A stretch of DNA of 64,000 bases from Micromonosporaceae bacterium (lineage in GTDB: Bacteria > Actinomycetota > Actinomycetes > Mycobacteriales > Micromonosporaceae), in contig SLSW01000268.1 of the NCBI GenBank assembly GCA_007130245.1, positions 85 to 64,084 of the forward strand, given 5' to 3'. The notes beneath the pieces are model-generated. The model saw only the letters and a program-made list of their open reading frames with translations. It was not told the origin of the DNA and did no database searches. This document shows, in pieces, positions 56,616 to 64,000 of this stretch. The first letter of the stretch is position 1, and the number at the start of each line of letters is the position of its first letter. Made by a program: the position numbers and the translations under genes.

Positions 56616-57911
56616 TCACCGCCACGGCGGGTAGGCGGGCATCGACTCGACGTTCCAGTGGCCGGTGGCCTCCAACAGCCCCCGCATCGCCTGCGCCAGC
56701 GCCGGCAGGTCGTCGGCCGACTCCAGCTGCTCGACCAGCCACTGCCAGCGGTAGCGCAGCAGCTGCCGCATGGTGGGCACCGGCCGGCGCACCGGATGCA
56801 TCGCCCGGTCCGCTGAGCCCAGTGTGGGAAGCACCAGCGTGGTCATGTCGATCGTCCAGAGTGCGGCCGCCCGGCGCAGGCCCGGTCGCCAGACCTCGTC
56901 GTCGCACAGGGCGGGATACGGTGCGATGACTTCGCCCCGGAAGGCGGACTCGATCTCGTCGCGGATCTGCGGCGGCAGCCGGAACACGCACCAGCAGGTC
57001 GCAAACGGCATCACCGTGTACGCGGCGTCGAGGAACACGCTGTGGTAGCTGGCGCCCTCGAAGTCGAACACCTGCAGCCCGCGTCCGGTCAGCAGGTTGT
57101 TGTCCGGGCAGATGTCGCCCGGTGAGAACACCGGGTAGCGCCCGGCGTCGGCAACGGTCAGCACCTCCGACAGGTCGTCGTCCAGGCCGGCCGGGGCCTT
57201 CACCTGCGCGTCGGCCAGCATGTCCGCCAGGGCCGCGCACCGTTGTTCGTGCCATGCCCGATCCAGGAACGGCTGCGGCTGGCCGTACCGCTGCCGCAGG
57301 CTGTTGAACTCGGCCTGGCGCCCGACCGACGCCTCGTTGCCGCTCCGCGGCGCGAAGCAGAACAGGCCGGCCAATGAGATCGGCCGCACCAGCATGGCGG
57401 TGAAGCTGCTGAACGTGTCCGGGTCGAACCAGTCGGCGTGGCGTGGCATGCGCTGTCCCAGCGCCACGCCCATCTGCCGCTTGGTCAGCACCGTGCCGTC
57501 CAGCGCATCCCGCAGCGCTTCGGTGGCCTCCGCCACCACGTCCAGCGCGGTGCGGCCGGCATCGGCCGCGAGCCGCGCGACTCCGCCCAGCGACTCCCGC
57601 ATCTCCTCCTCGGTGTGGGGCGCCAGCGCCCCGGTGAACACCGGCAGGTCCTCGGTAGGGAAGACGTACGGCGAACTCCGCATGCACCACGCCTGCGGCA
57701 GGGTCTTGTCGACGGCCAGCGCCTGCTCAACGAAGCCGGACGGCAGGTCAGGCACCCGCAGCGCCAGCGACAGCGCTGCCGTGCCGGGGGGAGTGTTCTG
57801 CAGCCCGATCGCGGCCGCCCGCCGCCACTGGCCGGCCGGCAGCGGCTTGGTGAGGAAGTGCCTCGCCATCCGGTAGGCGACGATGTTCCGGCGGTCCAGA
57901 TGATCGGCCAT
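56616..57911 (-). CDS. fusion protein: AlkZ/DUF1006-like winged-helix N-terminus + aminoglycoside/ecdysteroid-type phosphotransferase C-terminus
   Basis: The N-terminus (RNIVAYRMARHFL...GLQNTPPGTAALSLALRV) is HTH_42-like. The C-terminus (SPGDICPDNNLL...VFDFEGAS) carries the APH catalytic and DFE motifs. Confidence 0.6.
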   Translation of the reverse strand: MADHLDRRNIVAYRMARHFLTKPLPAGQWRRAAAIGLQNTPPGTAALSLALRVPDLPSGFVEQALAVDKTLPQAWCMRSSPYVFPTEDLPVFTGALAPHTEEEMRESLGGVARLAADAGRTALDVVAEATEALRDALDGTVLTKRQMGVALGQRMPRHADWFDPDTFSSFTAMLVRPISLAGLFCFAPRSGNEASVGRQAEFNSLRQRYGQPQPFLDRAWHEQRCAALADMLADAQVKAPAGLDDDLSEVLTVADAGRYPVFSPGDICPDNNLLTGRGLQVFDFEGASYHSVFLDAAYTVMPFATCWCVFRLPPQIRDEIESAFRGEVIAPYPALCDDEVWRPGLRRAAALWTIDMTTLVLPTLGSADRAMHPVRRPVPTMRQLLRYRWQWLVEQLESADDLPALAQAMRGLLEATGHWNVESMPAYPPWR

Positions 57912-57914
57912 CGC

Positions 57915-58565
57915 TCAGTCCCGACCCATCCAGGTCGCCACGTCGACCTCGTTGCCCTCGGCGTCGACCAGCGTCCACCCCGCGGGGGCGTTCTGGTCGC
58001 TCACCAGCCGCCCGCCGGCCGCGATCGCCGCCGCGATCCGCGCCTCGGCCTGGTCGTGCGGCACCCAGACGTCGACGTGGATGCGGTTGCGCTGTGGACG
58101 CGGGGCGTCCATCTCCTGGAACCAGATCGACGGCCAGCGCATGTGGGGATCGAACAGGTCCTCGTCACCGAACTGCTGATAACCCAGGACGGCCCGCCAG
58201 AACGGCATCACGTCCGGGCCGACGAGCGCGTCGATGGTGAAGTCGACATCCTGCAGCGCGGCCGGATCGGCGGGCACGTCCAGTTCTCGCGCGGCTGCGG
58301 AGATCTGCCGCGCCAACTCGATGTCGTGTTCGGTGAACGGGGGAGAGCCGTACGTCATCAACCGGATCGTCACGCCCGTCTCCCGCAGGTCGATGTGAGG
58401 CTGGAGATCGGCCGCGGCGGCACGCTCGCCGATGGCGGTCACCAGCGTGATGCCGGTCGCGAACGATCCGGTGCGGAAGTGCGCGCACGCCCCGTGCGCC
58501 AGCACCCGCCAGTCATCCACGCCGTCAGCGTCGCGGAACTGCTGCGCTGTGATCCGTTCAGTCAT
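57915..58565 (-). CDS. fusion protein: pterin-4a-carbinolamine dehydratase-like + VOC/glyoxalase-like domain
   Basis: The N-terminus (DWRVLAHGACAHFRTGSFATG...) is PCD-like. The C-terminus (FWRAVLGY...RIHVDVWVPHDQAEARI...DAEGNE) is VOC-like. Confidence 0.6.
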   Translation of the reverse strand: MTERITAQQFRDADGVDDWRVLAHGACAHFRTGSFATGITLVTAIGERAAAADLQPHIDLRETGVTIRLMTYGSPPFTEHDIELARQISAAARELDVPADPAALQDVDFTIDALVGPDVMPFWRAVLGYQQFGDEDLFDPHMRWPSIWFQEMDAPRPQRNRIHVDVWVPHDQAEARIAAAIAAGGRLVSDQNAPAGWTLVDAEGNEVDVATWMGRD

Positions 58566-58621
58566 GGGCGCAGGTTACGCGCCACCCATGACAATCGCTC
58601 CGGTCGCAAGAGGGCGGCGGC

Positions 58622-59266
58622 TCAGCGGGTGCCCTCGAAGACGACCACATGATTGAGATCGCGACCCTCGCTGTCTTTGAAGACTGCGCGCATCCGGGCG
58701 AGGATGTGGATGAGCACGTCGTCATGCAGCATCAGGCGGCTGCCGATCCGGGTCGGCCGGCGACCGCCATACCAGGCGACGATCAGCCGCCCGCCCGGTC
58801 GCAGCACCCGGTGCAGCTCGCGGAAACCCGCGTCGATGTCGGACCACATGGGGATGTTGTTGACCGACACGACTACGTCGACCGACTCATCCGGCAGGCC
58901 GGTGTCCTCGGCCGTGCCCTCCCGGATGTCGACCCGGCCGGCGGCGACCGCCCTGCGCAGCCGGCGCCGAGCGGAGGCCCGCATCGCTGCCGACGGCTCC
59001 ACGCCGATGACCTCGCCACCGGCGTCGGCCATCATCGACATCAGCACACCCGGGCCGTGGCCGACCTCCAGCACCCGTTGCCCGGGTTGCAGCCACAGCA
59101 CGTCGAACACGTCCTGCTGCTCGGAGACATCCCGGGTCATGAGCCAGCCGATGAGCCGGCCACGGAACCCGCGCGGCAGCGCGAACCCGGTCAACGGCCG
59201 GTCGATCAGCCAGGAACCTTGCGCCTGCGTCTTTTCTTCGTGCTGGTCCTCGTGGTGGTCGCTCAT
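58622..59266 (-). CDS. class I SAM-dependent methyltransferase
   Basis: ATG 59266 (MSDHHEDQHEEK). It has the motif I sequence VLEVGHGPG. Confidence 0.85.
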   Translation of the reverse strand: MSDHHEDQHEEKTQAQGSWLIDRPLTGFALPRGFRGRLIGWLMTRDVSEQQDVFDVLWLQPGQRVLEVGHGPGVLMSMMADAGGEVIGVEPSAAMRASARRRLRRAVAAGRVDIREGTAEDTGLPDESVDVVVSVNNIPMWSDIDAGFRELHRVLRPGGRLIVAWYGGRRPTRIGSRLMLHDDVLIHILARMRAVFKDSEGRDLNHVVVFEGTR

Positions 59267-59381
59267 CGATCTCCCCGTGGTCGCCGGCGGCACATCGTAC
59301 CGCCCCGCACGGAGCCGCAAACGGTACGGGCCGTGCGGCAAAACCCGGTTGTCGCCCGCGATGGCACGGCCATAGCGTCAC

Positions 59382-59870
59382 ATGATGGACGATGCCGACT
59401 ACGACCGGAAGTACACCGAGGGGTTCGTGCTGCTCGCCTACCTGAGCAAGATGCGCGAAGCGGTGGTGCGCACGACCGAAGGGCTCTCTGACGAGCAGGT
59501 GCGCACACCCGGGGTGCCGTCGGGGACGAACCTGCTCGGGATCGTCCAGCACCTGACGGGTGTCGAGGAGCACTGGTTCGGCCGGGTGTTCCTCGGCGAG
59601 GCGCATCTGGTGGCGAACAAGTCCATGCAGGTGCCGGCGGGCGTCACCCGTGACCAGGTGGTGGCCGCGTACCGGCGGGCGTGCGAACGCAGCGACGAGA
59701 TCGCACAGGCGCACCCCGATCTGTCGACGAGGGCGGCGGTACCGAATCCGGGCGAGGAGCAACGGGACTCGCTGCGGGTCATCCTGGGACACATGATCGA
59801 GGAGACCGCCCGGCACGCCGGCCACGCCGACATCCTGCGCGAGCAGATCGACGGCGCCACCGGCCTGTGA
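59382..59870 (+). CDS. DinB/DUF664 family (mycothiol transferase-like) protein
   Basis: GIVQHLTGVEEHWF...HMIEETARHAGHADILRE follows the DinB-fold metal-binding pattern. Confidence 0.8.
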   Translation: MMDDADYDRKYTEGFVLLAYLSKMREAVVRTTEGLSDEQVRTPGVPSGTNLLGIVQHLTGVEEHWFGRVFLGEAHLVANKSMQVPAGVTRDQVVAAYRRACERSDEIAQAHPDLSTRAAVPNPGEEQRDSLRVILGHMIEETARHAGHADILREQIDGATGL

Positions 59871-59992
59871 GCCCGGCCCGGAGCTGTGACCGCCCGCGTA
59901 GTCGGCTTTGTCGTCGCAAGATCAACAAAGGGGAGGGGAGCGGTCAGTGTCCGGCAAAGGTTTCAGCTGAGCTGGAGTGCCGGGACGACGTG

Positions 59993-60409
59993 TCAGCCAC
60001 CCTGCCTTTCGTTATCAGCCGCCCGCCCGGCGTAGTCAACGGTCAGGTGGAGGAAATCGTCCACCCCGACCAGCCGCAGGGCCGGACGCACCATCGGGGG
60101 AACGTCCTTCCTGGTCCGGTCGTGAACGATCCGCGGATCGGTCAGCCGCAGCTGGCGCCCGCGCACCTGCAGCTCACAACCACCGGCGGCGGTCACGTTC
60201 CGGACCCAGTCCGAGTCTGCACCGTAGACCAGCGCGATTACGTAGTCGTCACCTCGGGCATAGGCGTTGACCGGCGTCCGGTAGGTCCGGCCGGACCGGC
60301 GACCTCGATGTCGCACGAGGGCGAGGCCAGGCGTACGGCCGGCGATCGGTCTGACGACGCGGTTGGTCGCCGCCCGGTTGAAACGCGCGACCCGCTTGGA
60401 CACCACCAT
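59993..60409 (-). CDS. deazaflavin (F420)-dependent nitroreductase family (DUF385)
   Basis: ATG 60409 (MVVSKRVARFNRAATNRVVRPIAGR...HRGRRSGRTYRTPV). Confidence 0.8.
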   Translation of the reverse strand: MVVSKRVARFNRAATNRVVRPIAGRTPGLALVRHRGRRSGRTYRTPVNAYARGDDYVIALVYGADSDWVRNVTAAGGCELQVRGRQLRLTDPRIVHDRTRKDVPPMVRPALRLVGVDDFLHLTVDYAGRAADNERQGG

Positions 60410-60528
60410 GCCTCCAGCATCGCAGCGAGAACCCCGGGTCGGGGCGATCGGGACCGAATGCCTCGCCCCCCCGCATACCCCGGCCAAACCCAGTTGCTCG
60501 ATAATCTATATTATGTAAAGTAACGCCT

Positions 60529-61407
60529 TCAGTGGACCAGCACCAGGCTGCCGGCTGTACGGAGCTGGCCGTGCTCAGCGGGTGTGAGACCAGTGATCGC
60601 TGCACACCCGGCCTGCGTGCACTCGCAGCACAGCGGCACGCGCATGGACGGCGGACCGGAGCGGCCGAGTTCTGCAAGGTGCGCCCGCACGTTGCGCACG
60701 TTCGCGTCGTTCTCCCGTTGGCGTAGCCGGCTGCGTTGCTTCCCGTCGGCAACCGGCAGCGTCAACAAGGCGTCGGCGAAGAAGTCCCGCACCCGTTCCG
60801 TCATGGCCGGTAGGTCGTGCCCGCCGTCAACCTCGAACACCGTCAGCCCGTGGGCGGCGGCGCTGGAGCGGATGCGCTCGTTGAGCAGCCGGTTGCGCTC
60901 GATCCGCAGTTCGATTGCCCGCGCAGCATCGCTGGTGAACTTGGCAGGATCGCCAATGCGGGATTCGAACACCTGTCGCTGGAGCTGTTCGGTAGCGACC
61001 AGCCACAACCCAAACTCTGGGCCGGCAAGATGCGGCATAATCAGGTGCGGAAACAATTGCGGCCCCTCCACCACCACCCCGATTCCGACGTCCATTTCAC
61101 GTAGGTCATCGAGGGCGAGCGGCAGCGTCAGCTCCGCGCGCTCGGCGAATTCTCGCGCCAACTCCCTCGGCTCAGTTTCGAGCCACCGTTGATTGATGTC
61201 CACACTGGCATCGTCTGCCAGTCCCGACGCCACCAGCCGCCGTTGGTGCTCGTAGGCGTAGCCATCTACCCGGTACCACGCCAGATCGAACTGCATGGCG
61301 ATGGCCCGGGAAATCGTGGTCTTCCCGGCGCCACTCCCCCCGCCTATCCACAGTGTATTTCTTATCGGCACACGCGCCATTCTAAAAGTAATTCGTTCCG
61401 GCGTCAA
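60529..61407 (-). CDS. P-loop NTPase/kinase-like protein with Cys-rich C-terminal extension
   Basis: It has an intact Walker A (GGGSGAGKTT) and a C-terminal VPLCCECTQAGC...LTPAEHGQLR motif. AT-rich DNA flanks it on both sides. Confidence 0.6.
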   Translation of the reverse strand: MTPERITFRMARVPIRNTLWIGGGSGAGKTTISRAIAMQFDLAWYRVDGYAYEHQRRLVASGLADDASVDINQRWLETEPRELAREFAERAELTLPLALDDLREMDVGIGVVVEGPQLFPHLIMPHLAGPEFGLWLVATEQLQRQVFESRIGDPAKFTSDAARAIELRIERNRLLNERIRSSAAAHGLTVFEVDGGHDLPAMTERVRDFFADALLTLPVADGKQRSRLRQRENDANVRNVRAHLAELGRSGPPSMRVPLCCECTQAGCAAITGLTPAEHGQLRTAGSLVLVH

Positions 61408-61677
61408 TTATGACATTGGGAGATCTACTGTGTTAGACTTTCAATTACTAGGGTAGCCCGGAATTGTCATGTAGGCGTCGCCACCGTGGCCAGCGCTGCC
61501 AACCGCGGTCAGGTCGACTGCCTTGACCGGTTCGAGCTGGTCGACATCGCCCGCCGCCGGGCCGGCCTCCTTGCCTACGTGACGCGCCTGAAGTGCTACC
61601 GGGGCCAGCGCGTCGGCCGGGACAGGTCCAGCGAGGGTGCACTAGTTATGCACGCAATTGGCCGCTACTATGTGCGC

Positions 61678-61908
61678 ATGGCTAGTACGCGCGTAACCGT
61701 GACGCTTGATCCGGCCGCCTTGGCGGCCGCCCGCCAGGCCGCCAAAGGTAGCGGCGAGTCGTTGTCCGAGTGGCTGTCCCGGGCGGCGTGGCGGCGCGCG
61801 ATCGAGGATGCCGCGGCGTTCAGCGCGGAGCAGGACCGTCGCCGGCCCGAGTGGCAGGCATGGGATGAGGCGCGGGCCGAGGTGGTCCTCGGCGGAGCCT
61901 CCGGGTGA
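61678..61908 (+). CDS. ribbon-helix-helix antitoxin (MazE/CopG-like)
   Basis: MASTRVTVTLDPAALAAARQAAKGSGESLSEWLSRA is an RHH pattern. It has a 4-nt overlap with the downstream toxin. Confidence 0.6.
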   Translation: MASTRVTVTLDPAALAAARQAAKGSGESLSEWLSRAAWRRAIEDAAAFSAEQDRRRPEWQAWDEARAEVVLGGASG

Positions 61909-62207
61909 ACCGCGGGCAGGTTTGGACGGCACGCCGTGCGGGCCATGAACGCCTCGTTGTGGTGGTCGGCCACGACGCGGTGACCGCTGCCCGCGATAGC
62001 GTGCTGGTCGTGCCGATCTCCGACGTACGGCAGCCTTCGTTGATCGAGCCGGAGATCAGGCTCGCCGACGGGTCGCCGGTCGGGGTGGCTACCACTCCCC
62101 GAGTTGGCGAGGTCGACAAGGCATACCTGCTACACCACAACGGTGAGCTCTCGCCTGAGTCGCGCGGCGAGCTGGATGTCGCACTGCGTGCGGTCCTGGA
62201 TCTGTGA
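61905..62207 (+). CDS. PemK/MazF-like toxin
   Basis: 100 aa with a GTG start. NRGQVW N-terminus, LVVPIS and a C-terminal ALRAVLDL fit the MazF fold pattern. Confidence 0.6.
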   Translation: MNRGQVWTARRAGHERLVVVVGHDAVTAARDSVLVVPISDVRQPSLIEPEIRLADGSPVGVATTPRVGEVDKAYLLHHNGELSPESRGELDVALRAVLDL

Positions 62208-62274
62208 GGTCCGGCCGTGTTGCGGCGCTCAACTAAGCTGGTGAGCGGGTTACGACAAGCGGAGGTCGGCAGGT

Positions 62275-62553
62275 ATGGAGTGGTTGGTCTACCTCATGCT
62301 GTTCGTGACGATCATCGCCCTCAGCGGGATACTCCTCGGCTACGTCGAAGGGCGCCGTAAGCACCAGTTGGAGGTGCAGCGGGAGGAACGGCTGCTGATC
62401 GAGGCGCGCACCAAGGAGATCGAGGCGAAGAATCGGCAGGCCGAAATCGAGTACCAATCCGCGCTGGCCGAGCTGGAACGCTTCGACCACCGCGACGGCG
62501 ACGCCAAACCGTTGCCCGGGGTCCCCGATCGACCCGGGACAGCCGCGGAGTAG
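62275..62553 (+). CDS. small membrane-anchored coiled-coil protein
   Basis: ATG preceded by ggagg. It has one TM helix (WLVYLMLFVTIIALSGILLGY) and a charged heptad-like tail. GC3 is high, so it is probably coding. Confidence 0.45.
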   Translation: MEWLVYLMLFVTIIALSGILLGYVEGRRKHQLEVQREERLLIEARTKEIEAKNRQAEIEYQSALAELERFDHRDGDAKPLPGVPDRPGTAAE

Positions 62554-62582
62554 TCACCGCCAACCAATTAGGCGGATTGCGG

Positions 62583-62897
62583 CTAGAGGTCGAGGCGGTC
62601 CCGCAGAGCGCGGTCGACCTGCTCGAGGGTGGCGCCGGTGACGATCCCGACCGGCGGACCGATGAAGCGACCCCGCCGGTAGTGGGCGACAGTGTCCACT
62701 CGGACCCACTGCCCCGGCAGCGGATCACGCTCGGCGAGGTGCACCGCGTACGGCCCCGCTGCCGGCGCCTCGGCGATGTCGCAGGCGTGCGGATGGTCGT
62801 CGTCGTCCTCGTTGGCGTAGTCGTTGGTCACCACCAGCACCGGGCGCACCCGGTCGGCCATCGGGACCATCACGTTCCACACCTCGCCGCGCTTCAC
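62583..62897 (-). CDS. PemK/MazF-like toxin (second copy, divergent)
   Basis: MKRGEVWNV...RPVLVVTND...ALRDRLDL. It shares the N- and C-terminal patterns of the toxin at 61905. Confidence 0.55.
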   Translation of the reverse strand: MKRGEVWNVMVPMADRVRPVLVVTNDYANEDDDDHPHACDIAEAPAAGPYAVHLAERDPLPGQWVRVDTVAHYRRGRFIGPPVGIVTGATLEQVDRALRDRLDL

Positions 62898-63115
62898 CGG
62901 CGTTGCTCCCGCTCCCGCTCCTCATGCTCGGCCAGCGACTCCGGCAGCGCCACCCCCTGGTCGGTGCGCCCTCGACCCCGGTGCCAGGCGCGCAGCCGCG
63001 CGTCGCGCAGCGCCCGGTTGACGTACTCCCCGACCGTCACCCCGGTCGCCTCCGCCAGCCGGCGGGCCTCCCGGTACTCCCGGTCGTCCAGGTTCAACGT
63101 CGTCTTCACGGCCAT
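62894..63115 (-). CDS. ribbon-helix-helix antitoxin
   Basis: ATG 63115 (MAVKTTLNLDDREYREARRLAEATGVTVGEYVNRAL). It has a 4-nt overlap with the toxin. Confidence 0.6.
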   Translation of the reverse strand: MAVKTTLNLDDREYREARRLAEATGVTVGEYVNRALRDARLRAWHRGRGRTDQGVALPESLAEHEEREREQRR

Positions 63116-63174
63116 ACGAACAACCATACCATCGTACGGCGTTCGAGACATCCGGCGACACCTGCGATGATCTC

Positions 63175-64000
63175 GTGGTGACCGAGGACATCCCGCCGCC
63201 GCAGCCGCTGCTCGACCTGACCGGCATCGACCAGTTGCGGGAGGCGTTGACCAGCGCCGGCTACACCTCGACCGGGATCGCTGCCCGGCTGGGTCCGGCC
63301 GCCACCGCCGCCCTGGCCAGGGGCGACCAGCGTGCCGCGCTGCGTGCGACGACCGGCGGCGATCCGCTGTCCACTCTGATCCGCCTGTTCCTCTGCGCGC
63401 AGAGCGAGCCCGTCGACGCTGTGGCGGAAGCACTGGCACCCCTCCCCCTGCCCGCCGCGCTCGCCGCCGGCCTGGTGGAGCAGCACGGCGACAATCTCGT
63501 ACGGCAGGGGGTCGACCTCGTGGCGTACGGCGACGGCTGGTGGGTGGTGGCCGACGTACCCGCCGCCGCCCGACCCGGCCGGCCACCACCGCGGCACTGT
63601 CCGGCCAGCAGTGGCAGCTACGGTACGGCGACCTGGCCGCCCCGGTCGCCGGCCGGCGGTTCGATCTCGTGGTCAGCAACCCGCCGTTCGTGATCGGACC
63701 CGGCGCCGCCACCCATACCTACCGCGACTCCGGCCGGGCCGGTGACGCTCTCGGCGCCGAACTGGCAGCGCTGGCGCCGCGGATGCTGACCGACGGCGGC
63801 ACCATGCAGTACCTGGCCAACTGGGCGCACGTGGCCGGGCAGGACTGGCGCGAGCGGGTCGCCGGCTGGTTCGCCGGCACCGGCTGCGACGTGTGGGCCA
63901 TCCAGCGGGAGGTCACCGACCCGTTGACCTACGTGCGCATGTGGCTCGGCGACACCGGCGAGATCGACCCGGGGCAGCAGGACGCCTGGCTGGACTGGTT
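63175..64000 (+). pseudogene. SAM-dependent methyltransferase (N5-glutamine MTase-like) with internal frameshifting deletion; 3' end beyond window
   Basis: The N-terminal part, in the frame of 63175, runs to ...VADVPAAARPGRP. From about 63582 a different frame reads ATTAALSGQQWQLRYGDLAAPVAGRRFDLVVSNPPFV... The SAM motif I segment expected between them is missing. Confidence 0.6.

Noticed and set aside
61486-61677. N-terminal extension that would make the first antitoxin 140 aa
   Set aside because: The extension has no RHH-related features. The ATG at 61678 gives a typical antitoxin of about 76 aa that begins with the beta-strand (STRVTVTL). The upstream part is more likely promoter/operator DNA.

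Overview
High-GC actinobacterial chromosomal segment; the synteny looks Micromonosporaceae-like, but that is a guess. About 70 genes are supported. No rRNA, tRNA, CRISPR array, integrase or transposase was seen. The left third is conserved core: pafA (5' truncated), DUF3866, pafB, pafC, tatA, tatC, a DAG-kinase-like lipid kinase, hsp20 with a perfect CIRCE operator, helY, an MHYT protein, a 5'-3' exonuclease and a cvnABCD conservon. The middle holds a NitT/TauT-type ABC system with an F420/LLM oxidoreductase, then a clostridial-type lysine fermentation cluster (kamA, kdd, kamD, kamE, kal, glmL-like). After that come GH15-zwf, lnt-ppm1, fxsA and rbpA. The most interesting locus lies between kamD (alpha) and kamE (beta). 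There, about 2 kb of visibly lower-GC DNA carries an ABC-type AAA_15/21 ATPase and an overlapping RloB/Toprim-like gene, a split-OLD / AbiL-like architecture, with no mobility genes nearby. The right third (about 49.9-64 kb) is accessory-like. It has several decayed genes, namely a cupin frameshifted by a 16-bp duplication, a nonsense alpha/beta hydrolase and an internally deleted methyltransferase. It also has a group of genotoxin-resistance-like genes and a lower-GC islet with two MazEF-like modules. All family calls come from motif recognition by eye; no searches or computations were run. Most other long ORFs in the track are antisense or out-of-frame artefacts of high GC.
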